Shown: positions 63,338 to 64,000 of the stretch, in pieces
Numbering within the stretch: the stretch's first letter is position 1
Layout of the letters: each line of letters starts with the position of its first letter
Source: Acutalibacteraceae bacterium
GTDB taxonomy: Bacteria; Bacillota; Clostridia; Oscillospirales; Acutalibacteraceae
Length of the DNA stretch: 64,000 nt
Direction: 5' to 3'
NCBI GenBank assembly: GCA_045533625.1
Contig: JAZSID010000145.1
Location: 1,166 to 65,165 of the forward strand
Translations under genes and position numbers: made by a program
Notes under the pieces: generated by a model
Seen by the model: the letters and a program-made list of their open reading frames with translations, nothing else
Told to the model about the DNA's origin: nothing
The model's database searches: none

Positions 63338-64000
63338 TTATTTTGTAAGTGTTATCAGGTAAGAAGTGAAAAGAGGCAAACGAAGAGTAATTGAGTTGTT
63401 TTTCAAAAGCTCTTCTTTCACAAGAGTCATATCGTTTTCTTCATCAAGAAGATAAATCTCTGCCTTTTTTGCCGAGAAATCTTTCAGATTGATTGTTACC
63501 TCTTTTTGTGCGGTTGAATCATCGTCAGAAAAATGCGTGAGCATAATTGCCGCTTTTTCTTCATCCTTTGCGGCACAGACATAAATTTCGTCGTTGTCGC
63601 ATTCAACCTGCACGCAAGTTTTTAATTTGTAAAGTTCATTGAACATCCTGAAAGGATAGTAGCCTTTAAGACATTCGTTGACAAAGTCCGTATTGAAAAG
63701 ACCGTTCATTCCGCACGGACGTGCATCGTAATACATAAGCATATCAAGCGAAGAATACTGCTCAATACACATAGTTCCTGCGGTAAACGAAGAGCCTTTA
63801 AGTCCTTTTTCGGATTTAAGCGAATAAATCCAATCGTCACCGTTCCATCCGCGGACATAATTCCATTCATTGAGTATACTTTCAACATCTTCAAATCCGT
63901 ATCTGTCAAGCATTGTGCGGATTTCTTTCGTTCTTGCCAAAACATCCTTCGGGTCACTCGCATAAATATGCCATGAGAAGAAATCAAGCGGAGCATCAAG
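63338..64000 (-). CDS. glycoside hydrolase, C-terminal part (GH39-like); the 5' end is outside the window
   Basis: The frame stays open to the window edge (LDAPLDFFSWHIYASDPKDV...). FSWHxY resembles the GH39/clan GH-A nucleophile-region context. Weak assignment. Confidence 0.4.
   Translation of the reverse strand, partial: LDAPLDFFSWHIYASDPKDVLARTKEIRTMLDRYGFEDVESILNEWNYVRGWNGDDWIYSLKSEKGLKGSSFTAGTMCIEQYSSLDMLMYYDARPCGMNGLFNTDFVNECLKGYYPFRMFNELYKLKTCVQVECDNDEIYVCAAKDEEKAAIMLTHFSDDDSTAQKEVTINLKDFSAKKAEIYLLDEENDMTLVKEELLKNNSITLRLPLFTSYLITLTK

Overview
64-kb chromosomal window from a spore-forming Firmicute of the class Clostridia, based on spoIIE, a PolC-type replicase, mreBCD, dprA-topA-trmFO and dxr-rseP-ispG-polC synteny. 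An N-terminal dockerin protein suggests a Ruminococcus-like cellulosome/amylosome producer (inference). Coding density is high and most genes are on the minus strand. Two housekeeping blocks (1-29.9 kb and 47.5-64 kb) flank a visibly AT-richer ~17.5-kb accessory island. The island starts right after tRNA-Gln(CUG) (29843-29916) and ends with a large serine recombinase (45875-47344). It contains six parts. (i) A 1.3-kb single-gene cassette bracketed by ~80-bp direct repeats, plus a 9-codon micro-ORF with its own consensus promoter, RBS and terminator. (ii) A surface-protein operon: an S8 peptidase-LRR protein, a GLUG-repeat protein sharing a ~90% identical C-terminal module, a membrane protein and a lipoprotein. 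(iii) A LytTR response regulator with two tandem AgrC-like kinases; their catalytic halves are ~95% identical but their sensor halves have diverged. A shared ~40-bp box with 21-bp-spaced direct repeats lies upstream of both the regulator operon and the peptidase operon. (iv) A ~480-nt ORF-free chain of at least 9 different stem-loops, four of them carrying the self-complementary motif TTTTAAAA. This is my best candidate for an undescribed large structured RNA (or a DNA-level element). (v) A DUF4417-like protein fused to a toxin-like C-terminal domain, translationally coupled to the first of three small immunity-like ORFs. (vi) A tyrosine-recombinase-like gene next to the serine recombinase. 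Oddities outside the island: a PolC that lacks the proofreading exonuclease insert; a P1B-type ATPase homologue with all catalytic motifs degenerate and a ~370-aa acidic N-terminal extension; a 276-bp MITE-like element with 25-bp perfect terminal inverted repeats that supplies the stop codon of that gene; a ~275-nt structured leader upstream of a eutH-family permease; a degenerate HisI-like protein; and a cluster of DnaA-box-like repeats. All family assignments come from reading motifs by eye; no database search was possible.
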